Source: Chlorokybus atmophyticus (taxonomy: Eukaryota; Plantae; Mesostigma and Chlorokybus algae). From it: a DNA stretch of 64,000 nucleotides. Below, one piece after another: positions 49,601 through 63,407 of this stretch; within the stretch, counting starts at the first letter, position 1, and each line of letters starts with the position of its first letter. A program made the translations under genes and the position numbers. Below the pieces are notes generated by a model. It searched no databases and had not been told where the DNA came from. It worked only from the letters and a program-made list of their open reading frames with translations. Where the stretch lies: assembly GCA_009103225.1 (NCBI GenBank), contig RHPI01002503.1:256931-320930 (forward strand). The letters run 5' to 3'.

Positions 49601-51551
49601 AGCTGAATATTCTCTCCTGAATGAGACGAAATAGTCTCGTATAGTACTTGGCCAGAAACGACGGAGAGGGTCCGGAGACCAGGGGGGGGGGGACTGGCAC
49701 TTACCTTGACAGGGTACGAGATGTTGGGGCGTTCGATTTCCCAAGGGTTGCCAAACGTCAGCCAGTAATCAGGCTGTTCATGCTGGAAGCCATCTTTAAG
49801 TGTCTGCCTGAACATCCCGTACTGATAGCGGATGCCATACCTATTGAAAACATGCACAAGGTATGACAATAAGGGTGCTGATAGCATTGTGCAGCACATG
49901 CTGCACTGATAGCACACTTCACTATGTACATTGCCACACAACATGCTCACCCCCATGCTGGATAGTTGAGTGTTGCCAGCGAATCCAAGAAACAGGCAGC
50001 CAACCGTCCAAGGCCTCCGTTTCCAAGTGCAGCATCGCGCTCCTGCAGGCAGTGACAACCAGCAGATTGGGCCATGACATTTACAACCAGATTGTACGAA
50101 ACACGGACATTATGACGCTACCAACACTTGACCCAGCTAGGAAGGACACTCAAGAACGAAACTGACAGCGCAGTCACCTGCTCGGCAATGCTCTCTAGGT
50201 TGTAGCCAAGCTGGGCAAGAGCTTCATCATACTGCTCTTTGACGGAGAGGTTGTACAGGCAGTTGAGCAAAGAGCGGCCTGCACCCAACTTTGTCAAGTT
50301 CATTTTTTCCCAAGTTCACAAAAACGAACAAAACTACATTTGACCAGAAGGTTCTTGTGTACCCATCAGAAACTCCATAGACAGATAGTACACCCGCTTG
50401 GGATCCTGGTCGCGAAAGTACTGCTGTGTATCGTTCCAGCTCTCAATCAAGCGATCCCGTACGCTGTGAGCTGTGGCCTGCAATACAATTGCGATTTGAG
50501 AACCTGTGAAAACACGCTTTTTCAAAACACCCAGCGCAAGCGACGTACCTGGTAAGCCTCAAAATCGTCAAACTTATAACGCGACCTTGCAATCGTGTAC
50601 TCAACATGATTAACAATGCTCTCTTGAATGGAGAGCACATCATTCTTGATGTACGTGCCCATGAGATGATACAGCAGATCGGTCTTGCGTTGAGCAGTGT
50701 CACCCTGCTCGCGAACTTCATCAAAGATCTTGGAGGTTGGCCTTTTCTTCATCGCTACTGCGGTAGGCCTGTCGGCCCCAAGGACCGCCTCGAGGTATTC
50801 CCTGACGTTATTGATGTCATCCTTGTCGTCAAGCTTGCGACCTTGAGAGTCAGTGACGTAGAACACGTCCTTGGCAATGCCATCATCTGTGGAAACCACA
50901 GCGCGAACAACGTCGATGCCGAGCGTGTGGAAAGTGGAGTTGATAGTCTGCACAGCAAGTGTGTGCATTAGCAGTTGAAATCACACGATTATACGGCAAT
51001 TGCAATTTACAGCGACGACTGCAGTATGCAGTAGCGGAATGCATGTACACTAAGCTGCAAGGGTTTCAACCATAGTCGGTGCAACCAACGCATGCATCGA
51101 CGACACAGTCACGCACAGGAAAAGGCCATGGGAACAACCGGAGGCTTACATGCAGAAGGCGAGGCTTGTTGTCTGTCTCGATGCTGATGACGGTGAACTT
51201 GGCATCCGATTCGTTATCCAAAGCCACCTTCACGACGTTCTTCTTTGGAGCCTGTGCAGCCACCGCATTGACGACATTGGAGGCGCGGCTGCGGCTGCCT
51301 GAGGACTTGGGAGTGCTGCTGAAATTGGACTTGGGAGCTTCAGCACGGACAGTGCCAGGCAGCCCTACGCTGCTGCTGCTGCTGCTGCTGCTGCTCGCCC
51401 CTCTCCTGGACCGCAGCAGCTCCGCCACACCCTCCCCCCTCGGCGCCCTGAGCACACCGGCCGAACGAGGCGCCGGTCTGCTAATGCTGCTGCTGGCGCT
51501 GCTGCTACAGCAGCCCACTGAGGGCGCAACCCTGGCCGCCAATGCCTCCAT
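46634..51551 (-). CDS. Plastid-targeted alpha-glucan (starch/glycogen) phosphorylase with an N-terminal ACT domain; multi-exon
   Basis: Ser/Ala/Arg-rich transit peptide ([11 protein letters not shown]...); ACT-like [22 protein letters not shown]...DVFYVTD; GT35 motifs [86 protein letters not shown]. Confidence 0.95.
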
Positions 51552-52200
51552 GGCTGACGAGGGCCTCCACAAACGAACCCGCCAAGAACCACACCACTGA
51601 CACTGTCGCCGCCGCCGCAGAGCACAAACCCTATCCTACCTGTGCCCTTGCCAACTGTGTTGGGTCAATCATGCACGGCTCAATGCACGGCACTGCCGTC
51701 ACACTCTGTCTGCGCTTTACAGCTGGCGCACCAGCAGTGTCATAGAATGCATTGTTGCTTAACGAACTCCGTAAGAATATCTTTACCGTCAGCAGCTGAC
51801 CCCTTGTTTTTTTTCAGGGGGATTCCGTCCCCAGCGCTTGAAACGCAATTTGGCACCTTTTTGCGCGTCCCTTTCCGACGCGTAAGAACACATCAATGCA
51901 GGAACGTCGCATTGTTCGTGTAGGATGGCAAGGCCGAACGCTCTGTTTTTGAGGATTTGGGCAAACTGTTTTGGGGCAGCGACAGAGATGCCAGCCCTGT
52001 CTATGTACGGAACGTACAGTGTCGAGATGCGTTAGTCCGGCCTCAACTTCCCGTGTACTTGCCCACACTTCACATCACAAAAGAATCCACAATATGTTGA
52101 TACGTTACACAATGGTTTATTTAGCTTTGGCCGTTATCAAGATTCTTCGGTTGAGTATCATTCAAGGAAGTCTTACTCAAGCAGCTAGCAAGTCTCCCCC

Positions 52201-52310
52201 NNNNNNNNNNNNNNNNNNNNNNNNNNNNNNNNNNNNNNNNNNNNNNNNNNNNNNNNNNNNNNNNNNNNNNNNNNNNNNNNNNNNNNNNNNNNNNNNNNNN
52301 NNNNNNNNNN
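52201..52310. other. Assembly gap flanked by C runs
   Basis: Ns in the sequence. Confidence 1.
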
Positions 52311-52329
52311 CCCCCCCCCCCCCCCCCCC

Positions 52330-53250
52330 CGCCCGCCTATGTGGGAACTTAACGAGACAGTAGTGTCTGGGGAAGTCACGCACGGAGGAACGGTTGGTAT
52401 TACGGTTATTGCATCACAGAGCACGACCAAGGTCTTCACTGAGCACTTGTTGCATACCTTGCTGTAGTTTGTGTGTGCTAATTTGTTTGTGCAGACATCA
52501 CATGATAAGTTGCACAGGCAATGCACTGGTATTTCAATGAATAAAAATAGTGCAGGAGTGTATTTGGCAAACCACAACTTGTTGGCATATGAGCTCAGGT
52601 AGCTGCCGCATTTGAATCTACTAGTGGACAGACTGCTCCTCTTTAAAGGTTTTCTCAACAATGAGGCTCACTGTGTACTCGAGATCGTTGATGACGTGGT
52701 GGTTGCCGCACTGTCTGAGTTTGCGCGTGATGTACTTGTCCGATACAGCTTGGGTGGTGGCATTTACCCTCAGCATATGCTCACGTTGTCACAGATAGCA
52801 TTGAGCACAACTGTACTATTCTTGGACATGTTAATCTTTCAGACCACCAAACATGGCATCTGCACGCGCGTGTATGAAAAACTGCGTTAGCCCGTGTATC
52901 AGGCAGTGCCCATGATAAGAGCACCATATCCACTCTTGGATATAGCCACCATCACCAAGCTTAACTTGGTGGTGTCCCGTTATGCGCGCTTCACACACTT
53001 GTGCACATTTAGACCGCATTTTAATAGGAGATGCATAGGCTCATCAGGACCATGTGTGGCTACGGTTACAAGAAGCGTTGGGCAGGCTCCAAGCTAGAAT
53101 AGTAAGGCACACTGGTGACATCTATGATGTGACGCCCTTGCACTTGTACTTGTATGCTGGTGGTCAGAGCCAGCGAGGACATCAATGGATGAAGAGAGCT
53201 GCCCATTCCGCGGAGATTGTGGACGGGTGGAAAGGGTGGGTAAGTGTGGC
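52330..53250 (+). mobile_element. Decayed Penelope-like element reverse-transcriptase fragment
   Basis: One frame with stops: HRQCTGISMNKNSAGVYLANHNLLAYE (cf. Q..GIPMG.N.AP..ANL.L..YE), IVDD (cf. YIDD), GIYPQHMLTL, VLFLDMLI...ICTRVYEK, LVVSRYARFTHLCT (thumb). Confidence 0.72.
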
Positions 53251-56200
53251 TTGGTAAGATCCATCGCCGCTGCTGCACCACTAGCGGCTCACGTTGAACA
53301 GTTCGCGGGGTTGATGTGATGTGGGGTTGACGTGTGGGAGGGGCGGCAGAGCACACATCACATCACTGCACATCATCGCACTTGTTTTGCCGTTCGCTCC
53401 TTCCTTGCTGCGCCACTACCGCTTCTCACCTTCGCCTACTGCATGTGCTTCACAAGTTGGTTAACATTGGTTGGCTGCTGCCTCCTGCTGCTCGGCACTT
53501 GCATTGCACATATTGCACATATGGCACTTAGTGTGGTACCACCTACCGGTGTATGATAGGTGGTGAAGGCCCCGGGTATTATAATTGTGCTGTGGTGTTG
53601 GTGGTTTGTGCTTGTGCTTGTGTGCTAGCTACTTGCAAATGAGCGCGTTTGTGGAATGACTACGATGCATACCATATGTATGCTTGTGTGCGCGCATGTG
53701 ATTGCCATGTGAGGCAACCTATGTATGGGGCTCCAAGCGTGGCAGCTTCTTATATCATATCATATCATATCATAATGATTGCCAGCTAATGTCGATAGAT
53801 GCTTACCGCTCAACATTACCCTGCCCCCGAATGTGCGGCGCCCAATCCGCTACAGGCTTCAAGAGACCCGCAAATTGGTCAATTCCAGCAGTGTGGGGCA
53901 ATGTACATTGCTCCCGAGGAAGTGTGTTCGACATGTGGGTCAAGACTACTATTCCCATGGGGCAACTCCCCGCCCTCGCCCTATGGGGGGAGGTGGTGGA
54001 GTGACACTGACATGTGCATGATGATGATGATCATCTCTAGAGGGCTAAATGGAAGGGTTCCGAATGTATGCAATACGAATGTACGATTTTGCTAGACACG
54101 GCACATTCCAAGGTATAATAATGGTCATGCTTAGCTTAGATGGCAATAAATGCCAGCACAGACAACGCACACATATGTGGGCACTTAAACACACGCGCTG
54201 CATTGACGCTTTAGATGTATGTACACACGCATAGGGTATAGCACATGGGCCACGAGCAATAGTGTAACAAGCAGCAAGGCACACGCATGCGTAGGCACTT
54301 GCACACACGCACACACGCCCATGTGAGCAGGTACTAACTGAATGCATGCTTGTATGTCTAACGGGGCGGGCTAGCATTGGTATAGTGTAGCAAGCAGCCA
54401 TAGAACTAGCCCGGTGGTTAAATTTGATGTGTAAAGCGTGTGTATGCTTGTGCTGATGCATGCCATTCGCATTGTCCACATGCATGCTGCCACCGTACCA
54501 TACCCCTTATATACACACGCAAGCATTGGTGCGCACACACGCAACTTGGAACAACCCCTCCACCCAACTACTACACCATAGCAACACCGCTCATGTAAGC
54601 TGTAGGTGTACTGCTGTTTGCACACATGCTGTGCACACAATAACGTAGCATCCTATCGGTAATTCACAAGCTTGCTTTCATGTTGATAGAGTAAATCACG
54701 GCCAAGGTCATTGATACTGTTTGCATGATACTCATAGGAGAATCTCCATAAACAATTTCGTATTTTACCTTGATGCTTGACTATGTGCATGTAATGTGTC
54801 AGCTTGTATTCCCAATCTCTACATTTCACCATAAAGCCAAAGAGAGCTTCACTTTTTCTTCATGCAAATGTGCGTGTGCAAAGCACATCAAGCCCCATCA
54901 ACATAGCAGCAATGGGATTGAGACTTCTACAGAGATTTGGGGCATATGCGTATGTGTGCGCACAGGCGTGTACTCTAGTGTCCGCGCGCGCGCGCGCGTG
55001 CGCCGTGCTACCTGCGTGTGTTGTGCGTGTGACAGTCAGTAACTTGGCGTGCATGCGAGCAGACGATAATTGCAGCTGAATGTGCACACATGCGCATGCA
55101 TACACATATGTATAACATCATAAATGTGATGGTTGTATAACGGAGAAAGAGAACACGATTGTGAATGAGAATAAGCATGGGGAATGTTCGTCCATGATTG
55201 CTTATGCCTGCTTATGTGACTGCGCGCGCGTGTGTGTGTGTGCGTGCATGGGCTGTGTGCAGACCTGGCAGTAGCTGGGTGTATTTGATGTTTAGTTTGT
55301 TCAGTGCGTTCAGGCGACAGCACCTGTTTTTCTTGACCAGACCCCAGCCCAGGTCCTTGCCAACCTGCCATCAGAAACTGCAGAAGCGCAAGGGCGAGCA
55401 GCATGCGATTGCGGGGTTGTTGAGGCCATAAAGCCTCGACTCGGGGACGAGCACGTGCGTCATCGTTGTAACCAGAAAGATGCACATGCCGTGCCAGAGC
55501 AGAGCTGAGAAGCACTTGCGGAGTCGCCAGCACGTACAGACCCACTCTCAACAGAAACGCCTCCTCCACCCACGCCAACAGTGCCCGCAAAAGGCGAGCC
55601 ACGACCACGTCAGGAGTAAATCTGCACTGGTGGTGGTGATATCCCACTCCAATGCAAGACATTGGCATGTACAGCAGTGAGCTGCCAACCGCAACCAGTG
55701 TGTAGTAGCGTCGCAAAAACAAGGCAACCTCACGCTGCGCACCTATACTCAACACCAATGGCGATGCTGCACATGACGTATGTGCCAAACGCCATGCATG
55801 CAAGGTACAAGTCCGGCGCATTGATATCGTAGAGTGGCGGCTTGTACGGTGAACCGCCAGCCTACTTGCTCCGGCACCCTTGTCCATGACCCCTACTGCA
55901 TGCACGTCAAGGCTCATCAGCCACACTGCATGCAACAGTTACGCGCTCACCTTGCCAACAAACACAGCCACAACAACATGCAATAGCGTGTTGCGTGTTG
56001 TGGCAACAGAGTCCTACTGCAAGCAACAGTGAACCCCATCTCCCCCGCTTACTCTATGGGGGAAAGGGCATAGGAGTATGTTCAGTCCCATCCCCCCGAT
56101 GCGCATCCCGCTAAACATCCCCGGGAAAGGATCAACACCGCCAACCAATGAGCTGGGGCCAGGCGGGGTGGGATGCACATGCCTGTAGCCCATCTGGACT

Positions 56201-56718
56201 GGATATGCACGAAAGAATGGTGGCAATGCTTAACGTAGGCCTATGTGGCTGTGAGATGCAGTGTTCAGTCCTTGTAGTGTCTGTCTTTCTATTTTGGTGG
56301 TCGTGCAATCCTCCGTCAACTGATGCACCTCCCGAAGTTGGCCAGGGGAGGGGTACAGTATAGTGCAAAGGTGCATGCGAGAAAGGGTGCACCGCAAAGA
56401 GGCTGTTGCCCGCTCCGCAGTCTGGTTTCCAATTCCCTTTTTGCTCCGCGATTTTGTGACTGCGACGATATCTGCATTGAGAGAGACAGATATCCAGCTC
56501 GCTTTGGGTGGACATCACGTGCACGCTTAGTGCCACGTGGCGCAATTCAACAGCCCGCAACACGTCCGAAGCTTAGTAAGGGCGGCGTTTAGGGCAACAA
56601 GTTGCCAACAACATGCCTCTGTGTTCACGCATTTGCGTGTAGGAAGTAGTAGTAGTAGGAGGCGGAGGCGGAGGCGGCGGTGTTGCACCTTATGGCGGAA
56701 GGGGGCGTGGTTGGTGTC

Positions 56719-58830
56719 ATGAACACGTGGCAGGAGCTCCCGCAGGACTGCCTGCTGCGCGTGCTGGCCACCGCTGGCGCCCGCGCCAGCGCCGCCAGCC
56801 TGGCTGTATGCAGGTAGGCGGGAGCGAGTTAGTCGCAAACAGGTGTGACTGGACTGGGACTGGAAGTGTAAGAAGTAATCAAGCCCATGCTTGCCGACTG
56901 GCTATGGCTATGGCCTCTGCTGGTGTTGACAGATTCAGCACTAGAAGCGATTTTGGGTGCTAGAGTCACTTCTCAACTTTGTCTGTCGCAGATATTGGAG
57001 GCAGGTTGCCGAAAGCGAGGACCTGTGGAGGCAGTTTTGCAAAGAAGATTATATTGAGATATTACCGCCGACAGACGAAAGGTGAAGTCGACAACGCAAA
57101 GCCGTCTGAACCGGAACAGACACAAACGCACGCATATACACAAACGTGCCTGCACAGAGCATGCATGCAAGTACATATGCGCATGCACACGCACACGCAC
57201 ATGCACGCACGCACGCACGCACGCACGTGCATGCATGCGTGCTCTTGTACACACACGCACACACGCGCACACGCGCACACGCGCAGACCTGAACTCACCC
57301 CACACACTCCTCACCGCTCAGCTTCCGCGCCCGGTACGCGCGTGCCGCAGAGCTCGACGCCAACCTCCAGCACGGGCGATTCGTATCCAGCCGCTACGAC
57401 TTGAGCGCGCCCTGCGACGGCCGCTGGCTGCTGGCACATTCTGCGGGAGGCTTCGGGGCGATCACTCGCGGGACTCAACCGAAAGCCATATGGTGGGGAA
57501 AAGCCCTCATAGTAAGTGTGTGTGCGTGTGTGTCATGGGCCACATATATCATGCCTTACAACTACCACGCGCATGGCACACACAGTACACACGCGCACGC
57601 GCATGCACACACACGCACGCACGTACGCACGCACGCACACATACAGCACATGCACGCGTGTGAAGCCCTTTCCTGCGCAGGCATTGGATGAGAAGGTGTC
57701 GCCTGCGCACATCGTCACCTACACCGACAAGTGGCTCGTGCTCGCTCGCACGGGTTGGTTGCTCGTTTACGAGTTCCGTGCGGGTCAGCTGATGAGCGAC
57801 ATGGTGCTTCCCTTCAACGCCACTCTGCAGCACGCGGAGGTGCGCGGTGACACCCTCGCATACGTGCTTCACGCCGGGACAACACTCATCAACAACGTGG
57901 TCTCGCTGCCGTACGTGACGAGTATTCGCACGTGGCAATGGCCGTGGCCGACACACATGCTCGCAGCAGTGCGCCAGTTCAGATACTTTGTCGCACATGA
58001 TAGTGATGATGATGTCCACAACCACAAGTTGGAGGTGGCGTACTTCTACCCTCACACCTCTGCCGAGGCCGTGAACGAGGTGACTGTTGTAAATGTTGCC
58101 AACGGCGACGAGACGGTGTTTGCGTGGGAGAAGTACGCCCCTCACGACAGAGTGCTCACTCTGGAGTTGCAAGAGACTCGTCTCATCGTCGTCAACACCA
58201 AACGCTTGAGAGTGTTTGACAAGGCCTCCGGCACGTGCTTGCAAGAGGTGAGACCCCTTGGCAGAGTTGTTGCGTGTACGAACTAGAAGCCAACATGGTG
58301 CATCACTCTGGTAGGTGCAACTGGGAGAGGTGAGAGAGCCCTTGCTAAAGGTGTTTCAACACATGATGAGCGACCCCGTCATCAAGCACATAGGCGCCAG
58401 CTGGCATCCGAACCGGGACAGAGTGCTAGTGAGCATGCCTTCTGGAGCAGTGCTGTGGGACTGGCGACGAGGCATGGTCAAGTACTTTGTGCGCAAGAGC
58501 AACAACAACACGACGATCATCGCGCAAGACAACGCACCCGCTCCCTCTTGGCTTCCCGCACCCTTGCATGTGTCCTCCACGGCACCACAGCGTGTGCATC
58601 TACACGATGCGCGCATTGTTCTATACGATGGCAAAGGCAACAGGTTCTTGCGAGTGGTTGACTTTGTGCGTGGGCCGAGCGTGCATAAAGGAGATGGTGA
58701 AGGAGAGGAGGAAGAAGAGGAGGGTGTGAATGGCGGGTTGATGGCGATATTGGCTTCGGCCGTGAGGCAGGTCACGGAGCAGGTGATGTCCACGGCGCAA
58801 CAGGTGCTGGCTAGGCGAGGCATGTCGTAG
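56719..58830 (+). CDS. F-box protein with a beta-strand-rich (propeller-like) C-terminus; 5 exons
   Basis: Exons 56719-56813, 56992-57081, 57322-57510, 57681-58247 and ~58315-58830 give MNTWQELPQDCLLRVL...SLAVCRYWRQVAESEDLWRQFC (F-box). Confidence 0.85.
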
Positions 58831-59576
58831 TTGTTGTGTATGAAAAGTGATATTAACCATTGCCAGCGACTGGTACATAGCAGGTATATGCGGTTGGTAC
58901 TACATTCTACTAGTGCTAGCAAATGGAGGTGGTGTACTGCAAAGCTGCGGTTGAGGTTTGCTACATATTGCAAAGTCAGTTTGTGGGTATCAGTGGGATG
59001 TTCAGCACAGACGGTGCTTAGCACATAAGAAACGACGCGATGCATGCTGAGCTACCTTCACGCATTACCTCGCTCGATGTCTGCGTCGGATGCAGATGTA
59101 TCATGTGAGTTGCTGGCAAAAGGCACCTTGCCAGCTGTTTTTGAACATCGCACTTGCACGAGTAGACAACCATCACATAGAAGCACACATGGGTGCGGTC
59201 AGTGGTGCGCATTGCGGCAAAAGCTTGGCAAGATGTGTAAAGATACCACAAGCGGAAAGTCCCGAGCAGGTCCTAAGCCAGCCCCTCAGGCATCAGCGCA
59301 CATTGGCATGCTGGGCAACGCGAGTGAAAGCGTGCTGCAAAGTACCGCACCACACCGCGCCGCACAAGCAACATCACAAGCAAGACCTGTTACTCACAAC
59401 CTCAATGTCACAACCGCATTGCACTCTATGTACAGTTCAATGTGGCCATTGCCGCTGAAGTGTATGCAAACAAGCCAACACGCTTTGCGCCCGGCTACGA
59501 AGCATTTTTCAAGAGTTGCATGGCTGTTTGATCAGTATGAACAACTTAAGGAGATCAGTCAGTCAGAGGCAAGCGC

Positions 59577-61230
59577 TCAAGGTTTCCACCCATGCTGCAC
59601 TGCTACGCGCTGAAACGCCTCTCGGGCCTCGCATAAGCTGTACTCACGGCTGCTGGCGACATTCCGCCGAGCATTGCCCTCAACAAGAATGCGGGTCTTT
59701 CCGAACAGGATAGTGAAGGTCTGCTACTCGTGGATGCTGATGATTGTCTTTGAAACGTTGGGACACCCGCACAAATGGTGTTTCTCGTGCTTGGGCGTTG
59801 TCCGTCTCATCTACGGAACCGCCCTAAGAAGAGCAAGCTTTGTGCAGCTCGTCCCCACCCACTGACCTTGTCGCATAGCGCGCGCCTGCACTGTTGGCAT
59901 TGCCACTCGAGAACCTGCAAGTGTGTGCTGGCGAAGACAAACAGATGGCTGGATTGCCTTTAGCCGGGGCCAACGCTTGAGAGCCGTCACGAAGTCAGCC
60001 GCCATCACACGCTGGGGTGTTGAGATGGCAATTTGCCGCTGGCATGCCATGCCGTTATGGAGATGAGTAATAACCATCTCCAAGCCCGAAGGCCGCCCCT
60101 GTGGGTAGCCAAACTTCTATCTCTTGATGTTGCTTGCAGAGCTTGGCAAGCTCCATTTGATCGGTGACGTTGACGGTGACGCAATCCCCGCACAGCACCG
60201 GCAACAGCTCCTTATTTGGAAGATGTTGTGCTGAAGGGACCTTGTCGTTCACAGACATTGTGCGTCAAGTTTACGATGACAGAGCGTATGGCAATAGAAA
60301 AAACACATGTTTGACCTTACATTCAGCACTGTGTATGCACAAGCTAGTAGGGCAACTGGCAGTGGCGTACCTTATAACCGCTAGCTTTCTTGCCAACTTC
60401 TTTGTAGTAGTAGAACATGAAGTGTGCGTCACTAACGCACACTTCATGTTCTACTACTTCCACAGTCACCGCGCGAAATTGAAAGACGGCTACAACATCA
60501 ACGTCCACAAACTGCATGTACAACAGCAAATGTTGCAATTGGGCTGTATATATAGAGCTCAATGTTTTGTTGACGTACTTGTAAATACTTTGAGCGCAAC
60601 ATATATGCCTGTTCGCACCTGATCGCTTGCGTCGTGGTCCCCGCGCTCCTTCAACTAGGCCACAGCGCGTACTGCGGCTTCATTTTCCTCTATATGTGAC
60701 TCGCATGTCGTGAAGCTCTGAATGTTCTGGACCTGCAATCGGATCGGATTGATGCACCAATCTACAAAAACTGTGGGAAGCCCTTGATTGACGCAAACAC
60801 TACAGAGCTTCTCACATGCTGGACAAACCAGTTGTCTTAACCGACCATGACATATGTGCCCTCGTCATGCAAGTCTACCAAGGGCAGAAATACGACATCG
60901 ATCTTTGACTCGAAGTCATGCAAATCATCCGGCATGTCCTTCAGCGGAATAAGTGCGAAGCCTCCAACATGGGCAATAAGCTGTTGTAATTGCACACGAC
61001 AAAACAATAAGTGATTGGCAATAAGTTGCTGCAATGACCATGAGCGCAACCAATGCAGTCCAGTACGCATGATGCCAAGCATACCGCTGTTAAGTTTGCC
61101 TACCTTAAGCTGCAGCGCCTTCACTCGTCGAAACTCTTGTCCGGCTCAGGGACGTACACCTTGATCTTGGTGTAAATCTTCTCCGGAGATGCACTCTTGC
61201 TGCGTACAGGTGTTGGGCCAAGGCGATGCA
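59577..61230 (-). pseudogene. Degenerate paralogue of the UBE2Q-like gene
   Basis: Last exon ...SREYSLCEAREAFQRVAVQHGWKP* versus SGREYSLAEAQEAFQRVAAQHGWQA* at 63408; relic TPFVRVSQRF versus PPFVRVVSPRF; upstream exons have stops. The 5' extent is uncertain. Confidence 0.6.
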
Positions 61231-61305
61231 TCCTTGTGCTTCTGCAGAGAGAGAGAGAGAGCGGGTGGGTGGGTGGGGGGGGGGCAGCGAATGCAGCTGA
61301 AGCAN

Positions 61306-61726
<421 letters not shown>

Positions 61727-62369
61727 CAAAACGGCCCGACCAACGTCCTTACGTGTTGCCGCGCGCACCGTTGCCTCCCGTTTTAGCGGCCCTGGCCTCC
61801 GGCCTGCAGTGCCCAACAGCCCTTACCGGGCTCCAAGCGACCTCCCACCTCCTCCCCTAAACTCTCCCGCCGCCGCCGCCGCCACCGGCGAGAGACCTGC
61901 GAACCATTGCCGGTGCTGATCTGATCTCAACTTGGCTCTGCCCTCTGCCCTCTGCCCTCGCGCATCGCAGCGGCGGCGGTGGCGGTGGAGCTGTCGCCGG
62001 TGCCTACCGCTACGTGGCTGAAGCTCAACATGAAGGCGGTGTCAGTGGTGTAAGTCACAGGTAACTAACTTCAAGGTCCGCAGGAGAGTATGATCTGGAG
62101 ACATAGAGAGGCGTTGCGTGTCCCCCGCAGGTCGGATGGGAGTGTCATGCATGCTAGTGTGATTTACAGTTGACAGTAGCGCCGGCGAGGAGTGCCCAAT
62201 CACATTGCATGCCCCGGTAGAGTCTACCTTTGTTAGGCACCGTCGCTGTCGTCGTCGCTTTGGTCGTTGTGTTTGGGTGGCTGCTATGCTACGTACAGCG
62301 CTGCATACACCCATGTGCATTTGCATGTAGACTTTGGATGCTACGTACAGCAATCTCTGCTTTGTACTG

Positions 62370-62700
62370 ACCAAGCATGCTGCGTGCACAGTCTTGATGG
62401 CGAAGGAAACAGGTTCTTCGCGCGTGGTGGACTTCGTGCGCAAAGGAGAGCAGGGAGACAAAGCATGCGACTGGCGACTGGTTTCGGCTGTGCGGCAGGC
62501 GATGCAGTAGGTGATATCCACAGCGCAGCACGCGTTCTCTCGGCGACACATGTCTTTGTAGCTGTATGTATACAGGCAAAGCTACTATGTGTAACATTAC
62601 ACAAGCAGCAATTGCCAGCGCGACTGGCACGTAGCAGGTATGTGACTGGTACCACTGTCTACTAGTGCTAGCAGATGGAGTTGGTGCACATGCTGCATTC
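62370..62700 (+). pseudogene. Remnant copy of the F-box gene 3' end and 3' UTR
   Basis: gatggcgaaggaaacaggttcttcgcgcgtggtggacttcgtgcg versus gatggcaaaggcaacaggttcttgcgagtggttgactttgtgcg at 58627; ctactagtgctagca(g/a)atggag in both copies. Confidence 0.7.
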
Positions 62701-63407
62701 AGCAGTGCAAACTTGGTCTTTCAACAACGATGTCAGGGGCTTGCTTACATGACAATGCACGAAACATGCATTATGACTAGCTGCTTTCATGCAAGACCAC
62801 AGCTAGTGCATGCTGCAGTGCTGTGACACAATGCAGCCGTATGCCAAGGGTGCACTGTGTCTGCAACACAAACACAGACACTGCCTTGCTGGATTTATCG
62901 CAGTGTTTGCTTGGCATAGCAGATAAAATCAGTTGCTGGCAAAGGAAACGTGCGAGTTGTTCGTGGTTCGGTTGCATTGTGGCTCTTATTATAGTTTTGG
63001 CATCAATTGCAAAGTTGCACAAGCACGCAAGCTTTTCAAGCAGGTTGTTAGCCAGCCTCTCGTGCATGAAAGCATGCACAGCATCATGTTGCGCAACAGG
63101 AGCAAGAGATGCAGCACTGGTAGGTGCCGTCCCACACGCATGGGCATTGTGAATAAACACATGTATTGGCAGAGTAGTTATTCGCAGTCTAGTCTGCAGT
63201 CCGGCATGCTAATATCTGTACAGCGGCGTACTGCCATTTTCTTACGGTCATGCCGTTTAACTGTATACAGTTAGCAAGCCAACACTTCTTCCGCCAGGGC
63301 TATGGAAGCAACAAGAATTAGAGGTAAACTGAAGGTGAGATGATAGATCATGGTGGTATAAACATTATGAACAACCTGGGGCAAAAGCGAGAACCAATGG
63401 CAAGCGC

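Noticed and set aside
53260-56200. Hammerhead ribozyme or pLTR for the Penelope-like relic
   Set aside because: I saw no CTGANGA...GAAA core with matching stems, only a short recurring CTATG(G/T)GGG word.
57049-57691. His/Thr/Ala/Arg- and Cys/Val-rich ORFs
   Set aside because: Translations of (CA)n/(GCAC)n intron microsatellites in the F-box gene.
60055-60110. GAAFGLGDGYYSSP as a PARP signature (PARP-E2 fusion)
   Set aside because: No supporting catalytic His-Gly motif or other PARP blocks nearby, and the frame ends immediately.
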